Origin: Nitrospirota bacterium
Lineage (GTDB): Bacteria > Nitrospirota > UBA9217
Assembly (NCBI GenBank): GCA_963845065.1
Contig: CAWJQQ010000009.1
Coordinates: forward strand, 608,001 to 672,000
Direction of reading: 5' to 3'
DNA: 64,000 nt
Positions 10,538 through 21,479 of this stretch are shown one piece after another. Below the pieces are notes generated by a model. That model was not told the DNA's origin, did no database searches, and saw only the letters and a list, made by a program, of their open reading frames with translations. Each line of letters opens with the position of its first letter. Within the stretch, counting starts at the first letter, position 1. The position numbers and the translations under genes were made by a program.

Positions 10538-11499
10538 ATTGGTGCTCCTCCTTTGAGTTGACTTAGATTGTAAACAAACTGCTCTTGATTTAGGGGACCC
10601 AGCGAGACCAGCGTAGTTTGCGAGCCTGATTCCAGCCTCTCCGGTATTAGCACTTTAGTCGCATAGAGTGATGATTGGACTATGATTCGCAAGTATATTT
10701 AAACGCCGGGTCAAGGTCGGACTCGACGCCTGCCACTTTATTGATTAAGATCCGGTAAATACTCCTAAAAAGCATTTGCGTCCGATAATCAGAATGATTG
10801 CCGCTATATATTATTATAAATATAAGCCTGATTCAGGGAGATGTCAACGGCACTGGATGTATTTGTCACTGGATGGATTAATTCGAGGTAAATAAGGGTG
10901 ATTTCGAGATCTTATATTAATATCCTCAAGTCAAAGGTCAGTGAATAAAGGGGGGATTTTAGCTAAAAAAGAAACCGATAGCTTAAGCACTTTAATGGAA
11001 AATATTTTTTGTAATTATACCTTAATTGAAGCCTTCAGCTAAGAGCAGATCCATGCACAATATGATTGTACAAAAATTATGTATCTTTTGCATGAGCCCC
11101 GTTGCTAAAGTATAACTACCCACATACGAAGAGCAAATCTGGATAGAATGACCAGCAAAAATTCCAGAGATGGCATATAGATTAATGAATAGGCGAGGCC
11201 TTCGGGCGCGGGGCCGGTCTCACTGTAAGTCCTCTGCAATCTATCGGTTCCCAAGAGTCAATTTAATGGTAATTTCGTGAAATGATAGGCGTTACGACGC
11301 AAACGAAGTTTAAGTATATAATAAGAAAAAAACCCCAGAAACCCTTAAGCTCCTGGGCCAATTCCAATCCCAACCTAGGGGAGTATAAACATCATTATGG
11401 CAATACGGGACCGGCATATGGTAGAACGCTGGTGTTGAAGCGCCTTTAAAAAGAGTGACGGTATTGGATCTGTAATTTGCTATCCAGACGTTACTCATG

Positions 11500-11750
11500 C
11501 TGTCTGGCGATTAAGCCCGGTACGCGGAATTCCTCGCGCGATACTCTTTCCAGTATCTTAGGTGTTTCCCACACTATGTATTCTGGGCTTTGGCATGGTT
11601 ATATCGGTAGTCGTTATCAGATGCGTGCTTCATCTTCTGCCAGCTATCCTTTCTGGCCTTCTGACACGCACGCTTTTGGCAATGTCGCTGGTTCTTACGA
11701 TGAGGAGAGGGGTGAAACTCTTTTCGCAGCACTCGTAGATTTTGTTCATG
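11500..11750 (-). pseudogene. Degraded hypothetical Cys/basic protein gene
   Basis: RBS GGAGG + ATG, then a frameshifted, stop-interrupted frame SPHRKNQRHCQKRACQKARK...YWKEYR. Confidence 0.35.
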
Positions 11751-11890
11751 ATTCCTCCATAACATTATTGCGGAATACCATGGACTGTCATTGTGCGCCA
11801 GATGGGAAAAAGAGAAAAGATAGATTTACAGGAGATGTGGGCCCATGAAATGGTACTTTGTCACTCAATCAAAAACCGGTAAGTGGGTCC

Positions 11891-13554
11891 CTGACCACTC
11901 CCCATGTTTAAAGCCAGGGGGTTCTAGCGGCTGTACCGACAGGCTCTCCGGCAACAATACGAACGTTGTCGGCCTCGACTGTCGTTGATCCGCCTTTAAC
12001 GGACGAGCAGCTCTGTCTCCGGTTCGTGGTGTTCTCTTGCTTGATACCGAAGCTGGTTGGATGAATTCGACCCTTTGCCGCTTCATGCTGCACCCCCAAC
12101 ACCGCCCGTTCCAGGAGCAGGTTTGCACCCGGCCAGGCTTTGGCAGCCTGACGCGTGTCGAGGACATCGTTAGAAACATGCTTTGCAAGGAATGCGGAAT
12201 AGAGATCACGCTGGGTGCTTACCCCGCAGTTGCAGGCATGCCATCTTTGGGACAATGATTTTTTGGCTACTATTCCGCAATGGCATGTCTGGGAAAGCTT
12301 TGTGCTCCGGGTAGAAAACTCGGTTACTTTACCGCCAGCGTTTTCGGCTTTGTGGTGAAGCATCGACATAAACATCCCCGGAGCTCGTCGCGAAATACTT
12401 TTACCATAGAGTTTCTGAAATGCTTTGTACGACAGTTTCTCGGTTTTGATGTCGGTACCGAGAGTGAGGACTTTGTTCACGAGCTTGCCATGAGACCGTT
12501 TTCTGGTTTCAGCAAGGATTCTTTGAAGTTCGGCGAGATTAGCTTTAAGAATACGGTATTGAACAGAAAAGACCCACTGCTTTTTACCCGTTTTGATGGT
12601 TTTGTCTCCGTTGTAGTTGCCCGGGCTGGTAGCACGACGGCTTCTGGCCATTTTGCGCTGGACGGTCTTGATACGTTTAAACGGTATCTCGACTTCAGGG
12701 CAAAATTCGAGTAGTAACGCATCGGTATCACCAACGATGGCAACTGTCGACGGGCCAATGTCAAGGCCAACGGTTTCGGTGCCAATCTGGTTCTCACGCT
12801 TGATCTTGGCCGTGCCTTTAAGCACAAGTTGGGCAAACCAGCGGGGATTGCCGCGGATAGTTTTCTTGACCAGACGAACGTACTTGACATCATGGCTAAG
12901 TGCATGAGCCTGAACACCAAACTTGTCTTTCTTGTCGAAGACACAGTTGAGACGAAGGCCAGTCCACTCCACATGGTCATCGCACCACCGAATACCAGAT
13001 TTGTTGTTTTTACCTTCAAGGGACGACATCCAGCCATGGCGCTTGAAACGTGGTTTGCCATGCTTCCCAAACTCGTAGTCAGCGACGGCGCTATATGCTC
13101 GAGATGCTATCTTCTGGGCGGTCAGGCTGTCAATATGCTCACTGATCCAGCAGGAATTGCGGAGGATACCGACGTAGTTATGAAGGTGGTATTCAGTATA
13201 TTCAGCCTGGGTTCTGGCTGTCTTAAACATCTTGGTGCGAAGCTTGCTTTTCTTCTTCGTGATCGCCACGAGCCATTTTTCTGATCGCCGCATGGCAGTA
13301 AGACGCTTCATCGCTTCACCAAGGCAGGCATTGTACAGATAACGGCCAGCTTCGAGCCGGGCATCGAGCATTCGATTGTCCTTTGGAGTCGCTACGAGTT
13401 GAAACTCGTGGGTAAAAGATGGGGTTTTAGGTTTATTCGGCATTGGTTGTTTAAATATACCACATAGATGTACATTTGTCTTCTAATTGCCGGAAAACAA
13501 AGTTCCCGCATTCATCCCCATGGTTAAAACCAGGGGCTTTCTGCGGATAGTTTG
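11891..13554 (-). mobile_element. IS200/IS605-family tnpB-only element, complete (1664 bp)
   Basis: Left end TTAC|CAAA...AAAG-CCCCTGGTTTTAACCATGGGG hairpin; right end GAAC-hairpin-AGTGGTCAG; no tnpA. Confidence 0.9.
11908..13443 (-). CDS. tnpB: RNA-guided endonuclease TnpB
   Basis: RuvC-I VGLDIG, RuvC-II IKTEKL, Zn finger SQTCHCG...HACNCG, RuvC-III QRDLYSA. Confidence 0.92.
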   Translation of the reverse strand: MPNKPKTPSFTHEFQLVATPKDNRMLDARLEAGRYLYNACLGEAMKRLTAMRRSEKWLVAITKKKSKLRTKMFKTARTQAEYTEYHLHNYVGILRNSCWISEHIDSLTAQKIASRAYSAVADYEFGKHGKPRFKRHGWMSSLEGKNNKSGIRWCDDHVEWTGLRLNCVFDKKDKFGVQAHALSHDVKYVRLVKKTIRGNPRWFAQLVLKGTAKIKRENQIGTETVGLDIGPSTVAIVGDTDALLLEFCPEVEIPFKRIKTVQRKMARSRRATSPGNYNGDKTIKTGKKQWVFSVQYRILKANLAELQRILAETRKRSHGKLVNKVLTLGTDIKTEKLSYKAFQKLYGKSISRRAPGMFMSMLHHKAENAGGKVTEFSTRSTKLSQTCHCGIVAKKSLSQRWHACNCGVSTQRDLYSAFLAKHVSNDVLDTRQAAKAWPGANLLLERAVLGVQHEAAKGRIHPTSFGIKQENTTNRRQSCSSVKGGSTTVEADNVRIVAGEPVGTAARTPWL

Positions 13555-13607
13555 GTAAACAAGTGGTGGTCCATTTTTGGCCGAGGCAACAATTGTTGGA
13601 GTGTCGC

Positions 13608-14417
13608 CTAAGTTTCTTCTCCGGCTTTCCGTGTGGGGTAGACCGAATGTATCGCTAGGGATAGAACTGCTACATATGCGGAGAGCACAACACACGTAAC
13701 CCATTCCCAAAAGGCAAAACTTAAATATACGGGCGAGAGGCTTACCCAATGGAGTTCCGGTAGCACATAATGGACATACGCCTGGGTGAAGCCGGCCAGC
13801 AAGATCGGGAACACCGCGGCGCTAGCCAAAATGGCTGCATATAACCGTGCATGGCCGATGGATCTGCGCATCCGTCGCAGAAACGTTAGCTTAATAGTCT
13901 GGAACATCAGACGGATCATCCCGATGCACAAGCCGGCAAACGCCAATACTGCGAAGATTTCATGCCCTTTATGTACCCGGAGCAGCCACTCGGGCAGTAC
14001 AGCGGAACACATCAAGCAGATGTTTCCCAACTGCATAGCCCTGATTCCGCTTGGACGGCCTTCCACACCCGCAAGATTCCAACGCCGTGCCAATATCGTC
14101 GCCCAGCACAATCCGCAAAGGCTACATAGCACGACGCCCCCTGTCGCCCAAAGATGGCCACCGGGGTCGCGGCCGGGAGTGAGCAGATGGGATACTGGCA
14201 TGTATCGCCAGTCGTACCCTGAAGGATATCGCCGCGCCGCCATCAACATGCCGCCCCAGAATGCGAGCACTCCGAGCGGTGCCATTGCACAAGAGGCCCA
14301 TCGCAAAAGCGACTTGTCCGGAATTTCTTTTTTGACTTCGAGAACTGGTGCCATTATCGTGGTTTTTCCATTTTGATAGCCTTCTGTAGCTGCCTTTGGC
14401 CATATTGCAAGCCACAC
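13608..14417 (-). CDS. Multi-pass membrane protein (DUF998-like), paralogue 1; start may be 14354
   Basis: Several hydrophobic helices, YPSGYDWRYMPVSHL; close paralogue at 19688-20509. Confidence 0.7.
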   Translation of the reverse strand: MWLAIWPKAATEGYQNGKTTIMAPVLEVKKEIPDKSLLRWASCAMAPLGVLAFWGGMLMAARRYPSGYDWRYMPVSHLLTPGRDPGGHLWATGGVVLCSLCGLCWATILARRWNLAGVEGRPSGIRAMQLGNICLMCSAVLPEWLLRVHKGHEIFAVLAFAGLCIGMIRLMFQTIKLTFLRRMRRSIGHARLYAAILASAAVFPILLAGFTQAYVHYVLPELHWVSLSPVYLSFAFWEWVTCVVLSAYVAVLSLAIHSVYPTRKAGEET

Positions 14418-14670
14418 TCAATGTCAGGGATGATTCGTTCCGTCCAGAAGTAACGAGCTGCCCTGGCATAACCGGTTGGGCTTTTGTTGGCTGATTAAAT
14501 TTTGGCGTTCCACATACGTTTAGATATATTGAGATAACAACAAAGCAAATTTCCCGGACTGTGAACATCAACGAGGATCCTAACGGCTTCAATAATTATG
14601 TCTATCTCGTTACCACCTACCAGTTCAAAATTGTAGCCAGTTGAAACAGTCAAAAATACTGGTGATATCA

Positions 14671-16472
14671 CCTGAATCCTGCACGCTGATGGAGTGAAAA
14701 AGATAAAACCATACAGGTTACACTGATATAATGCGGTTATCTCGCGAACAACCCATGATATCAGGAGGTAACCCATATGGTTAAACGACAAAAGAAGCAT
14801 AGCGCGAAAAACGGCATGAATCAAGGTCAAAATGAAGGCCATTCGGAACCCGCTAAAATCAGCCCTAATACGCGCTACGAGTATTGCAGTGAACGGCTTT
14901 CACCCTTCGGCGGACTGCTGGCGTTAGAGAAGTTCATGGACGCGGTAAAGTTCCAGGAGGTTTTCGAGGGATTTTATCAGCCACCAGGCCGCACGCCGGA
15001 CCAGGGACATTATAAAGCAGTGTATGGGATTCTGGTGTTGCTTTTCATTGGATTCACGCGGCTGTGGCATTTTCAATACATACAAACGGATCCAATGGTG
15101 TGCGCCCTGTTCGGCGTGTCCAAGTTGCCGCACGTGACGACTTACTGGCGATACGTTGCGTCCTTGGGCATCAATCAAGGGAAGTCGCTGCTTTTGGTGA
15201 TGGCGGCGCTACGAGAACGGGTCTGGAAATTGTGCGAGATCAGCTACAGCGTCATCCATGTTAATCTTGATACGACAGTTGAGACCATCTTTGGCGATCA
15301 GGAAGGCGGCCGCAAGGGACACAATACCCGGTACCGGGGAAAAAAGGGATTTCGTCCTGTCCTGGGTTTCATTGAGGAGACGCGAGAGTATCTTGTCGGA
15401 AAGCTTCGCAAGGGCGCGACCATCTCTGGCAAAGAAGTCGCGGAGGTGATCAAGAGCATCAAGAAATACCTTCCTGCTTGTGTCAAAAAGGTGATTCTTC
15501 GAGGTGACGGCGAGTTCATCAGTTGGGATGCGGTTAAAGCTGCGGAAGACGAAAGGCACATGTACATCTTCGGCAATAAAGGATGCAAGCCGCCCTTTGA
15601 TTCCAAGATGTGGTACAAGGTGCACAAAATCGATAGCGTAGAATACAATGAGTGCTGGTATAAACCGACGGGATGGCCGGGAGAACGCCGTTTCGTCTCA
15701 ATGCGTATTCCGGGAAAGAAATCAGGCAAGGGAGACACGCAGCTTGAGCTTTTGGAAGACGGTGGTTTTACGTATCGGCAATTTGTCACCAATCATCCAG
15801 GCAAGTCTCATCAGGCTATCAGCGAGTATGACAAGCGGGCAGATTGCGAGAACCAGATCGGCGAAGTAAAGCGAGAGGGACTGTCGGCTATTCCCACGCG
15901 TCGGTTCATGAACAACTACGCATATTTTCAGATCGTTCTTTTGGCCTACAACAGTTGGAGATCGTTCAAGATGCTCGCAGAATTCAGCGAGAAGCAGAAA
16001 CGCACTCAAGATAACGCGGCAGTCACCGCCTTGAGCGGCATTCAGGACAACACCATCAAAATCGCTCGGTTGAAGCTGCTCATGATCGCGACAAAGCTGG
16101 TCATGAGCGGCAATACGACGAAGGCGCGGTACTCCGAACACGACAACAGGGTAGCAGGACTCTTTAGCTTCATGGAGCATCTTGATCAGCTACGCAATCA
16201 GGTGCGCCCGTGGCTTGATGGCGGTCAGTGGCAATGCCGGCACATGGAGGTTATGAGGCTGCAACCCGCTGAAAATTCTTCATGATGCAATTGTGCAAGA
16301 AATTTCTTGCACAATATAGGCTGAGAAGCTTGGAATTGTGCTTTTCTGCCTTATGCGATGAGGAATGCGGCAGTTAAGATGAAATGAAAGCTGTCGAAGG
16401 GTAAGCGGAAGATGCGGGAATCAAAACAAACCCGACGAGTCGGGGGAACTACGTTTTGATGCAAGATTCAGG
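14671..16472 (+). mobile_element. IS1380-family insertion sequence
   Basis: IRs CCTGAATCCTGCA / TGCAAGATTCAGG; 5-bp target duplication TATCA (14666-14670, 16473-16477). Confidence 0.92.
14777..16285 (+). CDS. IS1380-family transposase
   Basis: LSPFGGL, NLDTT, LRGDGEF, YDKRADCENQIGEVK. Confidence 0.88.
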   Translation: MVKRQKKHSAKNGMNQGQNEGHSEPAKISPNTRYEYCSERLSPFGGLLALEKFMDAVKFQEVFEGFYQPPGRTPDQGHYKAVYGILVLLFIGFTRLWHFQYIQTDPMVCALFGVSKLPHVTTYWRYVASLGINQGKSLLLVMAALRERVWKLCEISYSVIHVNLDTTVETIFGDQEGGRKGHNTRYRGKKGFRPVLGFIEETREYLVGKLRKGATISGKEVAEVIKSIKKYLPACVKKVILRGDGEFISWDAVKAAEDERHMYIFGNKGCKPPFDSKMWYKVHKIDSVEYNECWYKPTGWPGERRFVSMRIPGKKSGKGDTQLELLEDGGFTYRQFVTNHPGKSHQAISEYDKRADCENQIGEVKREGLSAIPTRRFMNNYAYFQIVLLAYNSWRSFKMLAEFSEKQKRTQDNAAVTALSGIQDNTIKIARLKLLMIATKLVMSGNTTKARYSEHDNRVAGLFSFMEHLDQLRNQVRPWLDGGQWQCRHMEVMRLQPAENSS

Positions 16473-16767
16473 TATCATAAATACCCGCAAGGTGGAAAAA
16501 CTGAACCACCGAATCGGGAAAATTGTGAAGTTTCTTGATGCTTTTAGAAATATAAAAAATGAATAAGCAGGGATAGAATAACGGCGTTTAATCCCACCTG
16601 CCAAGGGGGAGCTAAATAATAGTCTATTCATCACGGCGAACTAGGCTATCAAAAATAATGCGAAACTATGCGTTCAAATATTTCTATAATACTGGCATAT
16701 ATTATTGTTTTCTCCTTATCTGAACCATTTTCTCAGTTCGTTAGCTTTCACTTAAATTTTGGTAATA

Positions 16768-17904
16768 TTAACCCCTAAAAATGTCGAATGGCTCAATCTT
16801 GAGCACTTTTCTAACACCGATATAACTTGAAATACCTGCAATAATTACAACCATGATAAAAGCGAAACCGAGATTTGCATATGTTATTTTGGCTGCGTAA
16901 CTAGGTAACCTGAGTTTGGCGAAAGTGATCAAGAGGGAGGCGAGTCCGATACCCAGACCGTAGCCGGTAAGAGCCGTAAATGTCGCCTGGAACAGGATCA
17001 TAAAGACTAGTTCCCTCGCCTTTGCTCCAATCGCTTTTAAAGCGCCGAATTTTTCCAGATTCTCCAGGATGAAGGTATAAAAAGTCTGGCCTGAAATCGA
17101 TAGGCCCACGATGAAACTTATTATCGTCATGATGAGTACATTGGTGCCCACACCCGTCCGATATTTATAAAAAGCGGAGGTCTTGTTTATAAACTCATCT
17201 TTCGTCAGCGCTAGGTATCCAAGCTGAGCTACCTGTTTCTTGATGTACGGCACATCATCGTTGTTCTTCGGTTCAACTAGCAGAAATGCAGCGGTAAACC
17301 TCGTGGAGGGTATATAGCTGATAGCCCTGGTATATGTTGTGTAGAGGGTCGGTAATCCGAACAAGGCGCTGGCAGTGACGTTTGCAATGCCGACAATAAC
17401 TCCCCGGTGATCGTTTAACTCAAATTCAGTACCTACGCGAGGATTCCCGAGCTTGGGATATTCCGAATCCTTAACCACAATAAAAGCATTTTCTGCGTAG
17501 ATATCGTTGATATTCCCTTCGATGAGCGCAGGCCTGCCAAACAGGCTGGAGTCGTCCAGTCCGAGAACCGTCACCCCTTGATAGAAGCCATTGCGAAGCT
17601 TCACGAGCGCTCCGCCGGAATATAGTGGTACTGCGTATTTAACGCCACTAATACTCCGTACTGCGTCCAATATATATGCCGGCATTGGGATGACGTTCGC
17701 TGGGGTAGTAACCGCCGGGTCCATCACCCAGATCTTGGCGCCTACATTGATGACAGTAGCGGATGCGTGGTACAGGATGCCAGCGAACATAGACGTCATC
17801 ATGACTATCAAAAAGACCGCGAATGTTATGCCGACGAGCAAAGCAGCAAATTTACCCTTGTCATTTACTAACAGCTTAAACGCGATTTTGAGGATCCCAT
17901 TCAC
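16768..17904 (-). CDS. ABC transporter permease (FtsX/DevC-like)
   Basis: LLVGITFAVFL, FGALKAIGA, VRKVLKIEPFDIFRG; partner ATPase not adjacent. Confidence 0.85.
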   Translation of the reverse strand: MNGILKIAFKLLVNDKGKFAALLVGITFAVFLIVMMTSMFAGILYHASATVINVGAKIWVMDPAVTTPANVIPMPAYILDAVRSISGVKYAVPLYSGGALVKLRNGFYQGVTVLGLDDSSLFGRPALIEGNINDIYAENAFIVVKDSEYPKLGNPRVGTEFELNDHRGVIVGIANVTASALFGLPTLYTTYTRAISYIPSTRFTAAFLLVEPKNNDDVPYIKKQVAQLGYLALTKDEFINKTSAFYKYRTGVGTNVLIMTIISFIVGLSISGQTFYTFILENLEKFGALKAIGAKARELVFMILFQATFTALTGYGLGIGLASLLITFAKLRLPSYAAKITYANLGFAFIMVVIIAGISSYIGVRKVLKIEPFDIFRG

Positions 17905-18099
17905 TGTTGTTCTCCATTTTTTTATTGGAAATGCGACGTTAGCGGAGCCGAACGGTTTGTAAGCCTTACAGATGTTGATGACAGGATTTCATTACAAAAC
18001 TCTCATATATTCCTTCTCCGGCTTTACCAAATCATTCGCAGAAAGCCCATGGTTTTAACCATGGGGATGAATGCGGGGACTTAACGTCTCGACATTTGC

Positions 18100-18128
18100 T
18101 AGACAAATGTTCATCTATATGGTATATT
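18100..18128 (+). promoter_or_regulatory. Putative tnpB promoter inside the left end
   Basis: TAGACA-17 bp-TATATT with TG extension; equivalent motif in the other three left-end copies. Confidence 0.5.
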
Positions 18129-18137
18129 AACATAACA

Positions 18138-19687
18138 ATGCCACGTAATAAAATCTAAAACCCCCTCTTTCATCCATGAGTTTCAACTCGTAACTATCCG
18201 CAAAGGCAACTGAATGCTTGATATTCGGCTTGAGGCTGGCCGCCATCTGTATAATGCCTGCCTTGGCGAAACGCTGAAACGTCTTGCTGCAATGTGTCGG
18301 TCTGAATACTGGTGCACTGCGATTAGAAAGAAGAAAAGCAAGCTGCGCACCAAAATGTTTAAAGAAGCCAGAAACCAAACCAACCATACCGAATATAGCC
18401 TCCATGAGTACGTCGGCGTTCTTTGCAACTCTTGCTGGATCGGCGACCATATCGATAGCCTGACTGCCCAAAAATTAGCGACCAGGGCATACAATGCCGT
18501 AACCGACTACGAGTTTGGCAAACATGGCAAGCCCCGGTTCAAGCGCCGTGGCTGGATGTCGTCACTTGAAGGCAAAAACAATGCATCCGGGATACGGTGG
18601 TGCAATGATCATGTCGAATGGTCTGGACTGAGCCTCAGCTGTCTCTTCGATCACAAGGACAAGCTCGGTGTCCAGGCTCACACGCTTAGCCATGAAGTCA
18701 AATACGTCCGGCTAGTCAAGAAGACCATCGGCGGAACCCCCCGCTGGTTTGCCCAACTCGTTCTAAAGGGCACGGCTAAGATCAAGCGAGAGAACCAGAT
18801 CGGTACCGAGACTGTTGGTTTAGACATCGGCCCATCCACAGGCGCTATCGTAGGCGATACCGATGCCCGGCTCGTTGAGTTCTGCCCGGAAGTCGAGGTA
18901 CCGTATAAACAAACCAGGGTTGTGCAGCGCAAGATAGACAGAAGTCTTAGAGCCACTAATCCAGATAACTACAAGGAGAGCGGCACAATCAAGTCCGGCA
19001 AAAAGCAGTGGGTCTTCTCCGCTCAATACCGTGCTCTAAGCTGTGTTGGCCGAGCTTAAGCGGGTCCTCGCTGCAACGAGAAAACGATCTCATGGAAAGC
19101 TTGCCAATGAGATTCTTAAGCTCGGGACTAACATCAAAACTGAGAAACTTTCGTACGAAGCCTTTCAAAGAACATTTGGCAAAAGCGTATCAAGACGAGC
19201 TCCGGGTATGTTTATTTTGATGCTTCGCCGCAAAGCCGAAAAAGCTGGCGGCCAGATAATCGAATTCCCTACCCGGAGCACGAAACTTTCAATGACATGC
19301 CACTGCGGTGAAGTTAAAAAGAAGCCCCTCTCAAAGCGGCAACACGTTTGCGCATGTGGTGTGGATGCATAGCGAGATCTGTATTCCGCATTTCTCGCAA
19401 AGTACGTTTCGAACGATGTCCTCAACACGCGCCAGGCTCTAGTAGCCTGGCCGGGTGCAAACCTGCTGCTGGAACGGGCGGTGTTGAGGGTGCAGCAAGA
19501 AGCGGCGATAGGTTGAATTCATCCGGCCAGCTTCGGTCTCGCGCGAGCAACGAAGGTAAGTACAAGCGCAGACTGGAGACAGAGCAGCTCGCCCGTTTAA
19601 AACGAATCAACGACAATCGAGGCCGGCAATGTTTGTGTTGTTGCCAGAGAGACTGTCGGCATTGCCGTCAGAACCCCCTAGTTTTAA
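18138..19687 (+). pseudogene. tnpB: tnpB pseudogene
   Basis: Colinear with 11908-13443; frameshifts near 18150-18210 and ~19045, TAG at 19370-19372 replacing Q of QRDLY, further stops downstream. Confidence 0.9.
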
Positions 19688-20509
19688 CTATGGGGAGTGG
19701 TCAGGCGTGGGGTAGATTGAATGCGTCGCTAGGGATAGGATTGCTATGTATGCGGAGAGCACGACGCACGTGATCCATTCCCAAAAAGCGAAACTTAAAT
19801 ACACGGGCACTCCGAGGGCACGCCATGAGAGGTTTACCCAATGGAGTTCCGGGAGCACATATTGGACATAAGCCTGGGCCAAGCCCGCCAGCAAGATGGG
19901 GAACACTGCGGCGCTAGCCAAGATGGCTGAATACAACCGTGCATGGCCGATGAATCTGCGCATCCGCCGCAGAAAGGTCCGCTCAATAGTTTGAAACATC
20001 AGACGGATCATCCCGATGCACAAGCCGGTAAACGCCAGCACTGCGAGGATTTCGTGCCCGTTATGTACCTGGAGCATCCACTCGGGCATCACGGCGGAAC
20101 ATATCATACAGAGGTTTCCGAACTGCAGAGCCCAGATTCCGCCTAGTCGGCCTCCCGAACCCTCATGAGTCCAACGCTGGGCCAATACCACCGCCCAGCA
20201 CAACCCACAAAAGCTACATAGTACGACACCCCCCGTCGCCCACATATGGCCTACGGGGTTGCGGCCGGGAGTAAGAAGATTGGATACCGGCATGTATCGC
20301 CAGTCGTACTCTGAAGGATATTGCCGCGCCGCTATCAACATGCCACCCCAGAATGCAAGCACTCCCAGTGGTGCTATTGCGTAAGTGGCCCATCGTATGA
20401 ACGGCTTGTTCAGAATTTCTTTTTTGATTTCGAGAATTCGAGACATTATCCGGCTTTTAACATTTTGACAGCCTTCTGTGGTTGACTTCGGCCATATTGC
20501 GGGCCACAC
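19688..20509 (-). CDS. Multi-pass membrane protein (DUF998-like), paralogue 2; C-terminus replaced by IS end
   Basis: Close paralogue of 13608-14417; last codons (PDHSP*) come from the IS right end. Confidence 0.7.
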   Translation of the reverse strand: MWPAIWPKSTTEGCQNVKSRIMSRILEIKKEILNKPFIRWATYAIAPLGVLAFWGGMLIAARQYPSEYDWRYMPVSNLLTPGRNPVGHMWATGGVVLCSFCGLCWAVVLAQRWTHEGSGGRLGGIWALQFGNLCMICSAVMPEWMLQVHNGHEILAVLAFTGLCIGMIRLMFQTIERTFLRRMRRFIGHARLYSAILASAAVFPILLAGLAQAYVQYVLPELHWVNLSWRALGVPVYLSFAFWEWITCVVLSAYIAILSLATHSIYPTPDHSP

Positions 20510-20609
20510 TTAACATTAGGGGTGACACATTCGACCAGAAGTAACGAACGGCCTCGTCCTAACCAGTGGGGGTTTTTGTTGACTGATTAAATTTTGGCGT
20601 TCCACTTAC

Positions 20610-21038
20610 CGAAACCATGGGGATGGAAGCAGGAGTTAGGAAAGCTATACAAATGTTCATATATGTGCTATAATAAACATATGCATGGTCAAGAAGAAAC
20701 AAAAAACACCTCCCTTTATCCACGAGTTTCAGTTTACAACAAATCCAAAAAAATACGGGCGTTTGATATTCGGTTTGAAGCTGGCCGCCATCATTATAAT
20801 GCGTGCCTGAGCGAAGCGCTGAAACGTCTTGCCGCCATGAACCGATCCAAAAAATGGCGTTTTGCAGTTGAAGAGAAGAAAAACAAGCTTCGTAGCTTCA
20901 GTGTAAGTCTGAGATAGAACTGCTCGCAAGTTAAAGACGTAACAACGGCTGCCAAGATTAGCAACCGAATTTCTGTTGCCAAAGAGGCTGCTGGCACTGC
21001 TGTCAGAAACCACTAGCTTAGATATGGGGAGTAGTCGG
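20610..21038 (+). mobile_element. Internally deleted tnpB-element relic (429 bp)
   Basis: TTAC at 20606-20609, half left hairpin, 5' tnpB (FEAGRHHYNACLSEALKRL) joined to degenerate 3' end ...GATATGGGGAGTAGTCGG. Confidence 0.8.
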
Positions 21039-21479
21039 CTACTAAGGTTAATATTACCTTATTTTTGCTATAATAGGTAATGGTTTCTGATGAATCAATG
21101 CCTCGGCAGAGAAGCTCGTCGGATTTCTTATGTTTCGTGACGAGACCTGATACATAGAAGCGGCCCAAGACATCGAGGATATGTTCTTCGATGCTGACTA
21201 TATATATAGAATCGAATGCGCACTACATCATCGAGTAGGCAGGCGCCAACAAGGCAAAGGTTTTGGAACTGGTTCAGAATTCGCCAGTCTACGTGTAATA
21301 AAAAATCCAGAATTATGAATTCATAGCGACTTCTGCAATTATCTGTAATAAAGCGAACAGTTTCACATCCTTGTATTTGACAAAATTTCATATTGGTGCT
21401 TTTATTGAAATAATTCTCGATAAAGCCAAAATCTTTCGCGAGAAGGAGACAGAAAGCTGCGGGTGTTAAAAGACAATAT

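Larger units (their letters stand above)
18028..19704 (+). mobile_element. IS200/IS605-family tnpB-only element with inactivated tnpB (1677 bp)
   Basis: TTAC at 18024-18027, AAAG + left hairpin, right end GAAC-hairpin-GGTCAG. Confidence 0.9.

Noticed and set aside
11891..21038. TnpB as a Cas12f-like CRISPR effector
   Set aside because: No repeat-spacer array or cas1/cas2 seen in the window; the gene is bounded by IS200/IS605 ends
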